Shown: one piece after another, positions 1-9,797 of the stretch
Numbering within the stretch: the stretch's first letter is position 1
Layout: each line of letters opens with the position of its first letter
Assembly (NCBI GenBank): GCA_965199825.1
Contig: OZ241329.1
Coordinates: forward strand, 1,792,001-1,856,000
Source of the DNA: Bdellovibrionales bacterium
Lineage (GTDB): Bacteria > Bdellovibrionota > Bdellovibrionia > Bdellovibrionales > UBA1609
Direction: 5' to 3'
Length of the DNA stretch: 64,000 bases
Made by a program: the position numbers and the translations under genes
Notes under the pieces: model-generated
The model's database searches: none
Told to the model about the DNA's origin: nothing
Seen by the model: only the letters and a program-made list of their open reading frames with translations

Positions 1-1
1 A

Positions 2-1765
2 AGCACCAAATTTAAGTTTAATCCCAAAACCGAAATCGTGCTCGATCCCGACCATAGAAAACGGGCAAAAACTATTGCCGACTCCAACAGCTTTCACGAC
101 AAATACATTCAGTATCAAGTGGCAACCTATGTGGCTTCTGGCAGTAAACCTGAAGAGGCGCGAGGTCAGGTCATTAGAAATTATGAGCGCGCTTTAAAAC
201 GAATCGAAACTTTGCCTAAAACAGATTTATGGACAATGTATCTTGATTCGTTTTCGCGGGCTCTTGATCCCCACTCCAGCTACATGAGTGCCGATCAGCT
301 TGCAGATTTTGAAATTCAGATGCGTTTGAGTTTAGAGGGAATCGGCGCAACCTTGAGCTCTAAAGATGGCTTTACGGTGATTGAGCAATTGATTCCGGGT
401 GGAGCTGCGGGCCTTTCTGGAAAATTAAAAAATCGTGATAAGATTATCGCGGTTGCTCAAGGAGATTCTGACGAATTTGTGAATGTGATCGAGATGGATC
501 TTCGCGAAGTGGTCAAACTGATCCGCGGTGATAAAGGATCAAAAGTAAAACTCAAGATTTTACGAAAGACCGCTTCCGAAAGTCAGCGATTTGAGGTGGC
601 TCTCATTCGTGACAAAATTAAATTGGAAGATGAAGCCGCGTCCATCACCTATCTTGATCGTGAAGTGGGCGGAGTTAAGAAAAAAATCGGATTGGTGAAT
701 CTGCCATCTTTTTACGCCGACAGTCGCCGCGACGGTCCTAGTGCGTCGTCTGATCTAAAAAAACTTTTAGCCGAAGCCAAAACAAAAAATGTTGATGGAT
801 TAGTTTTGGATGTCTCAAACAACGGCGGGGGACAACTCTCGGATGCGGTAAAAATTGCGGGTCAATTTTTTGCTCGCGGCAATGTGGTAAAACAATCTCA
901 AAGACCCGAAGCCGAAAATCAGCCGGTGCAGTATGAAGTGCTTCGCGATGTGGATGACAAAGTAGACTACAGTGGACCGCTTGTGATTCTCACGAGCCGC
1001 ATTAGTGCGTCGGCTTCAGAAATTGTGTCGGGAACTTTGCAAGATTATAACCGTGCGGTGATTGTTGGTGGAGATCACACTTTTGGCAAAGGCAGTGTGC
1101 AGTCGGTTGAATATTTACCACCAGGTCTTGGCGCGGTTAAAACCACGGTTGGAATGTTCTTTACCGCTGGTGGACAAAGTACCCAGCACCGCGGGGTGAG
1201 CGCCGATGTGACTTTGCCCAGTGTTCTATCTACCGATGAAATTGGCGAAAAAAATCTCGATTATTCTTTAAAGCCAAAACGAATCGAGAGTTTTATCTCT
1301 AAAGAAGCTTTTGTGAACGAAGGTCCATCGGCATGGAAAGTTCTGAATGGCGAACTGATGGGCAAGCTGCGCAAAAAATCCGAAGCACGTGTGGCGGTTG
1401 AAAAAGGATTTAAAAAAGTTCGCGAAGATATCGTTAAAGCACACAAACACATTAAATCTTTAGTGGTGGGTGAGCTGATTAAAGAACATAACGACAAACG
1501 CCAAGCGACTAAGGATGCCGAAGCTGCGAGCAAAACAAAATTGGCTCAAGGTAAAGAAGCACCGGCTGCTGTGACCAATTCGGAAGACGAAGATGATGAT
1601 GGCGATGTGAATCTTTCGCACGAAGAGCGACAAAAAAAATATCTGCAACGCGCAGATGTTCAAGAGGCGGTCAACGTGACTGCAGATTTGATTGCCGAAC
1701 TGGATCGTACCCCGCTCCGCATCGGATCAAAAGACGAGCAAGCGCCGCCTAAACCGGCAAACTAA
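2..1765 (+). CDS. prc: Carboxy-terminal processing (tail-specific) protease, S41 family; 5'-truncated by the window edge
   Basis: The frame is open from position 2. Motifs: LDPHSSY, a PDZ-like GIGA segment, NNGGG, catalytic SASASEIV and TFGKGSVQ. Confidence 0.9.
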   Translation, partial: STKFKFNPKTEIVLDPDHRKRAKTIADSNSFHDKYIQYQVATYVASGSKPEEARGQVIRNYERALKRIETLPKTDLWTMYLDSFSRALDPHSSYMSADQLADFEIQMRLSLEGIGATLSSKDGFTVIEQLIPGGAAGLSGKLKNRDKIIAVAQGDSDEFVNVIEMDLREVVKLIRGDKGSKVKLKILRKTASESQRFEVALIRDKIKLEDEAASITYLDREVGGVKKKIGLVNLPSFYADSRRDGPSASSDLKKLLAEAKTKNVDGLVLDVSNNGGGQLSDAVKIAGQFFARGNVVKQSQRPEAENQPVQYEVLRDVDDKVDYSGPLVILTSRISASASEIVSGTLQDYNRAVIVGGDHTFGKGSVQSVEYLPPGLGAVKTTVGMFFTAGGQSTQHRGVSADVTLPSVLSTDEIGEKNLDYSLKPKRIESFISKEAFVNEGPSAWKVLNGELMGKLRKKSEARVAVEKGFKKVREDIVKAHKHIKSLVVGELIKEHNDKRQATKDAEAASKTKLAQGKEAPAAVTNSEDEDDDGDVNLSHEERQKKYLQRADVQEAVNVTADLIAELDRTPLRIGSKDEQAPPKPAN

Positions 1766-1773
1766 TTTTGACA

Positions 1774-1800
1774 TCAAATCGGCACCCGAGTACCGATAAG
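1774..1800 (+). promoter_or_regulatory. Putative sigma28 (FliA)-type promoter upstream of E1 alpha
   Basis: TCAA-N15-CCGATAAG resembles the sigma28 consensus TAAA-N15-GCCGATAA. Confidence 0.5.
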
Positions 1801-2822
1801 TGATGGCCAAAATGAATAAGACACCAAAGCGGAAGTTGAGAATCAAACCTCAACTTGCGCTTCAGATGTACGACTTGATGATAAAATCTCGGGTTCTTGA
1901 AGAACGACTCATTAAAATTTATAAAGCAGGCGAAGGCTTTTTTTGGATCGGTGGCCCCGGTGAAGAAGCTTTTGGTGTTGCGCTTGGTCTCTTGATCAAA
2001 AAAGGCCAAGGTGTCGAATACGATTATCTTCATTTGCATTATCGCTGCAGCTCGACGCTTGTGACCTTAGGGATGCAGATGGACGATGCGATTCGAATGA
2101 TGATGAATCGGGCAACCGACCCGTGCTCGGGAGGTCGAAACTTTTCGGGTCATTACTGTTTTCCTGAGTGGAATGTTGTGCCTGTGTCTTCGCCTATCGA
2201 AGTCCAGTATCTTGCAGCTCTCGGTACCGCACACATTCAAAGAAAAAGCTCTGCAAACGGAATTACCATTGTGACCGGCGGGGATGCGGGGACTGCAGAA
2301 GGTGATTTTGCCTCTTCACTCGTTTGGGCCTCACGACCAAAAGCCGAGTTGCCGATGTTGATCACCGTCCAAAATAATCGTTTTGGAATTTCGACCACTT
2401 ATGAAAGTCAGCACGGCGAAAAATTTATTGCCGATCGCGGTAAAGCTTTTGGAATCAAAACGATGGTCATCAATGGAAATGATCCTGTCGAAGCTTATCT
2501 CAAATTGTCCGAAGCGATGGCCTATGTACGAAGGTATCGAAAACCCCTTTTGCTTGAAGCCAAAGTCTCGCGTCTTTATGGGCACTCATCAGCCTCTGGT
2601 GCAAATCTCGACGAGGGTTTTGATTGCCTGACTCAATTTGAAAAAACCCTCAAATCTTTAAAATTGCTTGATGATGCCACCGCCAAACAAATTTGGGATA
2701 ACTATGAGCAAGAGGGCAAAACAGCTCAAGAAAAAGTTCGCGCTGAGGCCTCGCCTGTTGCCGAAACCATTTGGGATCACGTTTATGCAAATCAGGAAAA
2801 TTCGGACTGGAGAAAATTTTAA
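1800..2822 (+). CDS. 2-oxoacid dehydrogenase E1 alpha subunit (TPP-dependent; probably branched-chain type). The start may be ATG 1803 or 1812
   Basis: GPGEEA, HYR, TPP-binding GDAGTAEGDF...QNNRFGIST and RLYGHSS; directly followed by E1 beta. Confidence 0.85.
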   Translation: MMAKMNKTPKRKLRIKPQLALQMYDLMIKSRVLEERLIKIYKAGEGFFWIGGPGEEAFGVALGLLIKKGQGVEYDYLHLHYRCSSTLVTLGMQMDDAIRMMMNRATDPCSGGRNFSGHYCFPEWNVVPVSSPIEVQYLAALGTAHIQRKSSANGITIVTGGDAGTAEGDFASSLVWASRPKAELPMLITVQNNRFGISTTYESQHGEKFIADRGKAFGIKTMVINGNDPVEAYLKLSEAMAYVRRYRKPLLLEAKVSRLYGHSSASGANLDEGFDCLTQFEKTLKSLKLLDDATAKQIWDNYEQEGKTAQEKVRAEASPVAETIWDHVYANQENSDWRKF

Positions 2823-3869
2823 ATGGCAAACATGGCGCAGGCGATTCGTATGGCCCTTCACCACGGCGAAAAGCATTTGGATGTTTGTGATATTTTTGGT
2901 CAAGACGTTGGTGCACCACTCGGGGGAGTGTTTACCGCGACTCAAGGTTTAAAAAACACCTGGAACACTCCTTTAGATGAGCGTGGAATTATTGGAACCG
3001 CTTTAGGTATTGGCCTTACCGGAAAACGCTGTGTGGCCGAAATTCAGTTTGGCGATTATATTTTCAACACAATTGATTTACTTAAAATGATTGGCAACAC
3101 AAGCTGGGTTTCCAATGGCAATTACCATTTGCCCATTGTGATCATGACGCCGGTGGGTGGTGGAATTCGTGGCTCGATTTATCACTCACACAGTTTTGAT
3201 GCTTGGGCGACTCGAATTCCGGGATTTAAAGTTGTGATGCCTTCAACACCCTATGACGCCTATGGCCTGATGCTCTCGAGCATCGAAGATCCCAATCCGG
3301 TTTTATTTTTAAAACCCAAAGCATTGATGCGCGTTCGGGGTCATGAGCTTTTGCCAGGCGAACCAGAAAATGAGCGTGATCTCAAATCGATGATTGATGC
3401 TCCATTGGGTGATCGCACTAAATGGAAGCCTCAATGGCCCGAAATTGGTGATGTCAAAATTCCATTGGGAAAAGCAAATTGTGTCAAAGAGGGAAGTGAT
3501 CTGACCGTTGTCAGCTATGGACGAACCTTACCCATCTGTTTAAAAATTGCCCAAGAATTTGAAAATCAAATTGAGGTGATCGATCTGCGAACTCTTTATC
3601 CTTATGATTGGCAGATGATTTCGGAATCGATTAAAAAAACAAGGCGAGTGATTTTTGTGAACGAAGACACCGAGGTCACAAATTTCGGTGAGCACCTAGC
3701 CTATCGAGCAACCCAAGAACTTTTTTATGAGCTCCTTGCACGGCCCAAAGTGGTGGCGGGCAAAAATTTGCCGGGCGTGGGACTTTATCCAGCCCTTGAA
3801 GAAGAAACTCTTCCGTACGCTCCACAAATTCGCCAAGCCTTTCAAGAGATATTGGATGAAGTTCCATGA
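2823..3869 (+). CDS. 2-oxoacid dehydrogenase E1 beta subunit
   Basis: GQDVGAPLGGVF, NTPLDERGI, AEIQFGDY, HSHS and IDLRTLYP (transketolase C-terminal domain). Confidence 0.9.
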   Translation: MANMAQAIRMALHHGEKHLDVCDIFGQDVGAPLGGVFTATQGLKNTWNTPLDERGIIGTALGIGLTGKRCVAEIQFGDYIFNTIDLLKMIGNTSWVSNGNYHLPIVIMTPVGGGIRGSIYHSHSFDAWATRIPGFKVVMPSTPYDAYGLMLSSIEDPNPVLFLKPKALMRVRGHELLPGEPENERDLKSMIDAPLGDRTKWKPQWPEIGDVKIPLGKANCVKEGSDLTVVSYGRTLPICLKIAQEFENQIEVIDLRTLYPYDWQMISESIKKTRRVIFVNEDTEVTNFGEHLAYRATQELFYELLARPKVVAGKNLPGVGLYPALEEETLPYAPQIRQAFQEILDEVP

Positions 3870-4648
3870 AGTTTGATAAATACGAAATTTACTCTGAAGC
3901 GGTGCAATCCCCCGAAGCCGATATGGAATTTGTTCGCGATGTTTATAAGGAGCTTCGCGGTCGGCCAGCTCATGTGTTGCGCGAGGATTTTTGCGGGGCT
4001 TTTTTAAATTCCTGCACTTGGGTTAAAATGAATCGAAAGAATGTGGCTTACGGATTAGATCTTGATCCTGAACCACTTGATTACGGCAAAACAAAATATT
4101 TGCCCAAGCTTTCAAAAAATCAGCAGGCGAGAGTGCAGGTTTTAGAGGGCAACGTTTTAGATTCTTTTGATTCAAAAGTGGACATCGTTTCGGCCTCAAA
4201 CTTTTCTTATTTTATTTTTAAAACGCGTGAACAACTCAAAAATTATTTTGTTAAAGCGCGCGAGGGTTTAAACAAAAACGGAATTTTCATTGTGGATTGT
4301 TTTGGGGGATCCGATGCCCAACTCGCCAATGAAGAAAAAACGAAACATCGCAAGTTTACCTATTTTTGGGATCAAGTTTCATTTGATCCGGTCACGTACT
4401 TTGCCACCTTTCATATTCACTTTTTGCTCAAGAATGAAACCAAACGGAGAACAAAAGTTTTTACCTACGATTGGCGGCTGTGGACTATCCCGGAACTTCA
4501 GGATTTGATGATCGATGCGGGATTTTCAAAAACTCATGTCTACTGGGAAGGAACAACCAAAAAAGGCAAGGGCGACGGAAAATTTAAAAGAGTCACTCAC
4601 GGAGAAGAATGTCAGGGCTGGATTGCTTACGTGGTCGGCGAAAAATAA
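3866..4648 (+). CDS. Class I SAM-dependent methyltransferase
   Basis: LREDFCG motif I variant, GLDLD, and LNKNGIFIVD; ATGA overlap with E1 beta. Confidence 0.75.
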   Translation: MKFDKYEIYSEAVQSPEADMEFVRDVYKELRGRPAHVLREDFCGAFLNSCTWVKMNRKNVAYGLDLDPEPLDYGKTKYLPKLSKNQQARVQVLEGNVLDSFDSKVDIVSASNFSYFIFKTREQLKNYFVKAREGLNKNGIFIVDCFGGSDAQLANEEKTKHRKFTYFWDQVSFDPVTYFATFHIHFLLKNETKRRTKVFTYDWRLWTIPELQDLMIDAGFSKTHVYWEGTTKKGKGDGKFKRVTHGEECQGWIAYVVGEK

Positions 4649-4651
4649 TCT

Positions 4652-5008
4652 TTAAGGTATGACCGTGGTGGTGCACACCGAAGAATTTCCATAAAAACAG
4701 TTTGCGCTGAGTTTTGTCAGTTGAACGATGGCGTTAAGAAAAAGGTTTGATGTCGCTTGAGCTGGATCCGAATTGTATTTGATAAAAACAGGACAAACAG
4801 CTTCAACCTCACCTTGCGAGTTCTTGACCATTTCGGATGCGATCTCTTGAGCAGGAATATCAGACAAACGATAATTGCTTAAGGTGAGTGGCGATCCGCT
4901 ACAATAGAGTTCTGTATTTACTTTTGTAGAACCATTAAAGGCCACAAAGGTGATGACCTCAACCTGTGCTGTAGCAAAAAGAAAACTCGCGCACAAAAGT
5001 GAAATCAT
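4652..5008 (-). CDS. Small exported hypothetical protein, Cys-containing
   Basis: GGAG RBS, short hydrophobic N-terminus ending ATA, and four Cys in the mature part. Confidence 0.55.
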   Translation of the reverse strand: MISLLCASFLFATAQVEVITFVAFNGSTKVNTELYCSGSPLTLSNYRLSDIPAQEIASEMVKNSQGEVEAVCPVFIKYNSDPAQATSNLFLNAIVQLTKLSANCFYGNSSVCTTTVIP

Positions 5009-5017
5009 AAAATGCTC

Positions 5018-6169
5018 CTAGGCTTCAAGAGGCGATTGGCTCGATTGGCTCAGCATGACGCTCAGTACAGTCAATAAGAGCACACCGAGGGCGACGGGTA
5101 AAAGTCCGAAATGAAGAAGGGGTGCAATTGATGCAGTACTTAACGCAGAAATACCCAGTGAGAGCGACATCAGTAACCCCGAAGCTTGGCCCGCATGTGA
5201 TCCGGCATTATCCAGCGATCTTGCAAACAATGTGGGCGCGCGAAATCCAAGACCTGCTCCGAAACAACACCAACCCATAGAGAGTGTTACAAAATACGAA
5301 GGCAAAAACAGCGCGAGACTTAAAAAAATCAAGCCTGATAATATTTGGAGGCACGAACCAAAAAATAAAACTCTCTCGGTGCCATATTTTTCGACCATGC
5401 GTCCACCCTGAGATGCGGTAGCAATAAAGGCAATCACCGCAAGAACTTGAAGCAAAGAAAAATAGCGCATCGAAATATTAAATGAGCTGGCGATAATTTG
5501 GGGAGCACTGGTCACAAACATCATGAGCGCCGAATACATAAACGAATAGCTCAACGAACTTTTAAGAAAGTTTTTGGAACCCGCAATTTCTTTTAGATTT
5601 TTGAGTAAATTGTTTTTATTGAGTGCGGGATGAGAGGCACCACGTACGACTTTGGAAACAAAAGGAATAAGTATCAATGTCATCAAAGAGATTGCCCAAA
5701 AAGCCGAGCGCCAATCAAAAAACGAAATCAGTATAGCCCCAAGAATGGGACCAAGAGCAGGGGCAAAAGACTCGGCCATCCCTACCACTGCAATGGAGCG
5801 CACAGCATCTGCACCTTGAAAAGTTTTTTTGAGAAGGGCCGGCACCACTGCGGTTGCGGCTCCAGCGCCTAAACCTTGAAATGCTCGGCCCACAATTAAA
5901 AAATCGATATTGTCGGCCAACGCACAAGCAACACTTGCCAAAAATAACAAGGCCATTCCGCATTTTAGAATGAGTTTTTCACCGTATTGGTCTGACAACC
6001 ATCCCCAAAGAATTTGGGAGAAAGCGAGGGTCGCCATAAAGCTTGCAAGCGTGTACTGACTTTGAGCAATCGATCCGCCAAATAAAGCGGGCAAACTCGG
6101 AACGGCTGGAAGATACAAGTCGGTTGCAAGACAACCCACCGCGGTCAGCGATGCCAGAGGCAAGGCCAT
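5018..6169 (-). CDS. Bcr/CflA-like MFS drug efflux transporter
   Basis: TDLYLPAVP, motif A-like GWLSDQYGEK, GRAFQGLG, APALGPILG; about 12 hydrophobic segments. Confidence 0.85.
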   Translation of the reverse strand: MALPLASLTAVGCLATDLYLPAVPSLPALFGGSIAQSQYTLASFMATLAFSQILWGWLSDQYGEKLILKCGMALLFLASVACALADNIDFLIVGRAFQGLGAGAATAVVPALLKKTFQGADAVRSIAVVGMAESFAPALGPILGAILISFFDWRSAFWAISLMTLILIPFVSKVVRGASHPALNKNNLLKNLKEIAGSKNFLKSSLSYSFMYSALMMFVTSAPQIIASSFNISMRYFSLLQVLAVIAFIATASQGGRMVEKYGTERVLFFGSCLQILSGLIFLSLALFLPSYFVTLSMGWCCFGAGLGFRAPTLFARSLDNAGSHAGQASGLLMSLSLGISALSTASIAPLLHFGLLPVALGVLLLTVLSVMLSQSSQSPLEA

Positions 6170-6264
6170 TTCGATAACGTTCGGTTTTGCAGATTTAACG
6201 GTAAACTCCCATTTTAAAAGTGAGTGACCGTACCATCAAAAATCAAAAAGCTAAATAATTTTTA

Positions 6265-6783
6265 TTAAGGTGTGAGCTCTTGTTTTGTAAACAAAGCGCT
6301 GACTTTTAGGTCTTTTGCAGCCAACTTTTGAATTGCACTGTCCTCGCGCAAGATCACACACAAAACGCTTGAGATGCTTGCGCCAAGACCACAAAGGTCT
6401 TCGGCAGAGAGCAAAACTTGGCCGCCGGTCGTAATGACATCTTCAATAATCAAAACTTTTTTGTTTTTAAGTTCTAGTCCTTCAGCCACTCGACAGGTGC
6501 CGTAGGGTTTGGCAGCTTTACGGACAAAGGTACAAGGAAGACCTGTTTCAAACGAGAGCGCAACAGCGATGGGCACACCACCAAGTTCGAGTCCTGCCAA
6601 CACTTCGGTGTCCGATGGTAGGAGGGGCGCCATGTGCTTTGCGATATGTTTTAAAATATCGGGTTGGGATTCAAACCTGTATTTATCAAAATACTCATTG
6701 GAGGTTTGACCAGATCGTAATTTAAATTGGCCGACGAGATGAGAGACCTCATAAACTTTTTTTGCTAACTCTTGTTTTGTCAA
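6265..6783 (-). CDS. pyrE: Orotate phosphoribosyltransferase (likely start TTG 6783)
   Basis: FKLRSGQTSNEYFDK, FVRKAAKPYGT and the PRPP-binding IIEDVITTGGQ. Confidence 0.9.
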   Translation of the reverse strand: MTKQELAKKVYEVSHLVGQFKLRSGQTSNEYFDKYRFESQPDILKHIAKHMAPLLPSDTEVLAGLELGGVPIAVALSFETGLPCTFVRKAAKPYGTCRVAEGLELKNKKVLIIEDVITTGGQVLLSAEDLCGLGASISSVLCVILREDSAIQKLAAKDLKVSALFTKQELTP

Positions 6784-7099
6784 TTGCAGGCCCTTTTGTT
6801 GCTGTTGAAATCCATTGATCAAATAATGGATGACCTGCGGCGACGTCAATCACCACAATACAAGGGCATTCATAAGGATGAAGATCTTTGAGTCTTGCAC
6901 TCGCTTGAGAAACCGCCTGATCCGAAGTTTTGAGTAAAACCGCAACTTCGGTCTCGGTTTTGAGTTGATCTTGCCATTTATAAATAGATTTTATTTGTGG
7001 AAACAAGTTGGCACAGGCCACAACACCTTCATCAACAAGGCTTGCACTGATTGCTTCAGCATCCTGTTGATGAGCGAAAGTGGTGTAGATCCATTTCAC
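6749..7099 (-). CDS. cutA: Divalent-cation tolerance protein CutA
   Basis: VACAN, SIYKWQ, LLKT and HPYECPCI motifs. Confidence 0.9.
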   Translation of the reverse strand: MKWIYTTFAHQQDAEAISASLVDEGVVACANLFPQIKSIYKWQDQLKTETEVAVLLKTSDQAVSQASARLKDLHPYECPCIVVIDVAAGHPLFDQWISTATKGPAIDKTRVSKKSL

Positions 7100-7632
7100 T
7101 GGTTTTCGAGATCACGATAAACGCGGCTCCCGGTTGTGCGCTTTTGACCTTGGTATTTGCCGCGATAGGGAGATAAGGCCTGCTGATCCATTTTGCAAAA
7201 CACGAGCTGACAAATTCTGCGTCCAGCATCCAGCCGAATGGGCAGAGAATTGGCATTATAAAGTTCAAGAGTAATCTGACCCTCAAAGCCAGGATCAACC
7301 CAACCCGCATTTTGGATAAATAATCCCATGCGCCCGATTGAACTTCGTCCTTCAACGAAGGCGGTCAAATCGTCTGGCAATTTGACGTATTCCATTGTGG
7401 TTGCGAGCACAAAAGAATGGGGCGGGATGGTGATCGTTTCACCTTCGTACTCACGGTATTGAATTTCATTTTTTAAATCGAGAACCGAAACTTCGCGGTC
7501 TTCGACCTCAAGAAAGTGATTGTCTAAACGGCAATCAATCGATGCGGGTTGAATCGAATCCTCGGTGATCGGGCTCACATACAGTGAGCCCGATTGAATC
7601 ATTTCTTTTAAAGTTTTGTCAGATAAAATCAC
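7096..7632 (-). CDS. dcd: dCTP deaminase
   Basis: [38 protein letters not shown] and YRGKYQGQ. Confidence 0.93.
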   Translation of the reverse strand: MILSDKTLKEMIQSGSLYVSPITEDSIQPASIDCRLDNHFLEVEDREVSVLDLKNEIQYREYEGETITIPPHSFVLATTMEYVKLPDDLTAFVEGRSSIGRMGLFIQNAGWVDPGFEGQITLELYNANSLPIRLDAGRRICQLVFCKMDQQALSPYRGKYQGQKRTTGSRVYRDLENQ

Positions 7633-9740
7633 TTCTTGGCTTCTTCGGCGCGCTTGGCTTGATACTTCTTCTGAAGTTCTTCTTGTAGGCCACGTGGAGT
7701 GGGCGCGTACTTTGAAAATTCCATTGTGAATTCGCCCTTGCCTTGTGTGGCGGAACGCAAATCGGTGGAATATCCAAACATCGTTGAAAGGGGAACTTCA
7801 GCTTCGACGATCACATAACCTTCGTTATTTGATGTGCCCTGAATAATTCCTCTGCGCTGATTCACTTGTCCCATCACGTTGCCCTGAAACTCTTCAGGTG
7901 CCGAAACTTCCAATTTCATAATCGGTTCAAGAGCTACCGGATTTGCTCGTTCATACGCTTGGCGAAATGCGGCCATCGCACAAATTCTAAAGGCCATCTC
8001 GCTCGAATCCACATCATGGTAGGCACCATCTTGAAGATGGCAAGCCACTCCAACGATGGGGTATCCAATCAAAGGTCCACGAGCCATTTGCTCTTGAAAT
8101 CCCTTATCGCAAGCAGGGATATATTCACGCGGAATGCGTCCGCCCGTCACTTCGTTAACGAACTCATAATTCTTGCCGCTGTTTGAATCCACGGGCTGAA
8201 TGAAACCTACCGTCTTCGCAAATTGTCCTGCTCCACCGGTTTGTTTTTTATGAGTGTAATCAAATTCGCCACGTCCACCAATCGTTTCGCGGTAAGCCAC
8301 CTGCGGTTGGCCGGCTACAACTTCGCAATTGAATTCGCGTTTCATTCGCTCGATGTACACATCCAAATGAAGCTCGCCCATTCCTGAAATAATAGTTTCG
8401 GCAGATTCTTCATCACGATGAACTCGAAACGTCGGATCTTCTTTGCGAAATTTGTTAAGGGCACGAGTGAAATTGGATGCCGCCTCTTTATTTTTTGGCG
8501 AAACCGCAAGCGAGATCACCGCGTCGGGCACAAACATCGATGTCAGTGTGTAATTCACATTGCCATCGGTAAATGTATCTCCAGATGCACAATCCACCCC
8601 AAACAAAGCCACAATATCGCCGGCACTTGCCGACTCGATTTCAACCATATCGCTCGAATGCATACGAACAAGGCGAGGCACCTTCACTTTTTTGCCACCA
8701 GCAGAAACGTTGGTGATAAAATCGCCCTTGCGCACTGTACCTTGGTACATGCGCATGTAAGTCAACTGGCCGTAGCGTCCATCTTCGAGTTTGAATGCCA
8801 ACATGACTGCAGGCTTATCTTTATCACAACTCAAAACAACTTCTTGCTCAGCATTGTCTTGATCAAGCGCAATGTTACGCACTTCGGGTGGGCTTGGAAG
8901 ATAGTCTTCAACTCCATCCAGAAGTTTTTGGACCCCTTTGTTTTTATAGGCCGAACCACAAAACACAGGTGTGAGTGTCATCGCAAGACAGCCCGCACGA
9001 ATTGCTTTTTTTAATTCGTCTTCGCTAGGGTCTTCTTCCATCAAAAATTTCTCGGCCAAGGCTTCGTCAAAATCCGCAGCTTTACCAATTAAAATTTGGC
9101 GGTATTTTTTTGCTTCATCAACAAGCTCAGCAGGGATTTCTTTTTCAATAACATCATCGCCGCTTGCCCCTTCAAAATAATAGGCCTTCATTTTAACAAG
9201 ATCGACAACGCCTAGGAACTTGTCTTCAGAACCAATGGGGATCTGAACCATCGCCGCATTGTGCTTTAATTTATCGCGAAGCTGTTCGGTGACGCGAAAT
9301 GGATTTGCGCCCGCGCGATCCAGCTTATTAATAAATGCCACGCGTGGAACATTATAACGCCTCATTTGGCGATCCACCGTAATTGATTGCGATTGAACGC
9401 CCGCCACACCACAAAGAACTAAAACTGCACCATCTAAAACGCGCAGCGATCGCTCAACCTCAATTGTGAAGTCGACGTGCCCGGGTGTATCGATAATATT
9501 GATTTCGATTTCTTTCCAATGCACGTTTGTGGCAGCCGATTGAATCGTAATGCCGCGCTCGCGCTCGAGATCCATACTATCCATCGTTGCACCAACGCCA
9601 TCCTTGCCTTTAACTTCGTGAATGGAGTGAATAGTGCCTGTGAAATAGAGAATGCGCTCGGTGAGAGTTGTTTTACCAGAGTCAATATGAGCGGAGATTC
9701 CAATATTTCGAACTTTTTCGAGGGTCCACTGCTTGGCCAT
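7629..9740 (-). CDS. fusA: Elongation factor G (spd/mitochondrial EF-G1-like subtype)
   Basis: [42 protein letters not shown] and [10 protein letters not shown]. Confidence 0.97.
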   Translation of the reverse strand: MAKQWTLEKVRNIGISAHIDSGKTTLTERILYFTGTIHSIHEVKGKDGVGATMDSMDLERERGITIQSAATNVHWKEIEINIIDTPGHVDFTIEVERSLRVLDGAVLVLCGVAGVQSQSITVDRQMRRYNVPRVAFINKLDRAGANPFRVTEQLRDKLKHNAAMVQIPIGSEDKFLGVVDLVKMKAYYFEGASGDDVIEKEIPAELVDEAKKYRQILIGKAADFDEALAEKFLMEEDPSEDELKKAIRAGCLAMTLTPVFCGSAYKNKGVQKLLDGVEDYLPSPPEVRNIALDQDNAEQEVVLSCDKDKPAVMLAFKLEDGRYGQLTYMRMYQGTVRKGDFITNVSAGGKKVKVPRLVRMHSSDMVEIESASAGDIVALFGVDCASGDTFTDGNVNYTLTSMFVPDAVISLAVSPKNKEAASNFTRALNKFRKEDPTFRVHRDEESAETIISGMGELHLDVYIERMKREFNCEVVAGQPQVAYRETIGGRGEFDYTHKKQTGGAGQFAKTVGFIQPVDSNSGKNYEFVNEVTGGRIPREYIPACDKGFQEQMARGPLIGYPIVGVACHLQDGAYHDVDSSEMAFRICAMAAFRQAYERANPVALEPIMKLEVSAPEEFQGNVMGQVNQRRGIIQGTSNNEGYVIVEAEVPLSTMFGYSTDLRSATQGKGEFTMEFSKYAPTPRGLQEELQKKYQAKRAEEAKK

Positions 9741-9797
9741 TCATTTACCTTTCGGGAATTGCTTTTGGGGCTGTTAAAGATGATGTTTATCTCATAG

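Noticed and set aside
6170..6212. Possible frameshifted N-terminal extension of the MFS gene (ATG at 6212 is one base out of frame)
   Set aside because: This cannot be distinguished from chance, and the ATG at 6169 already gives a near-complete transporter.
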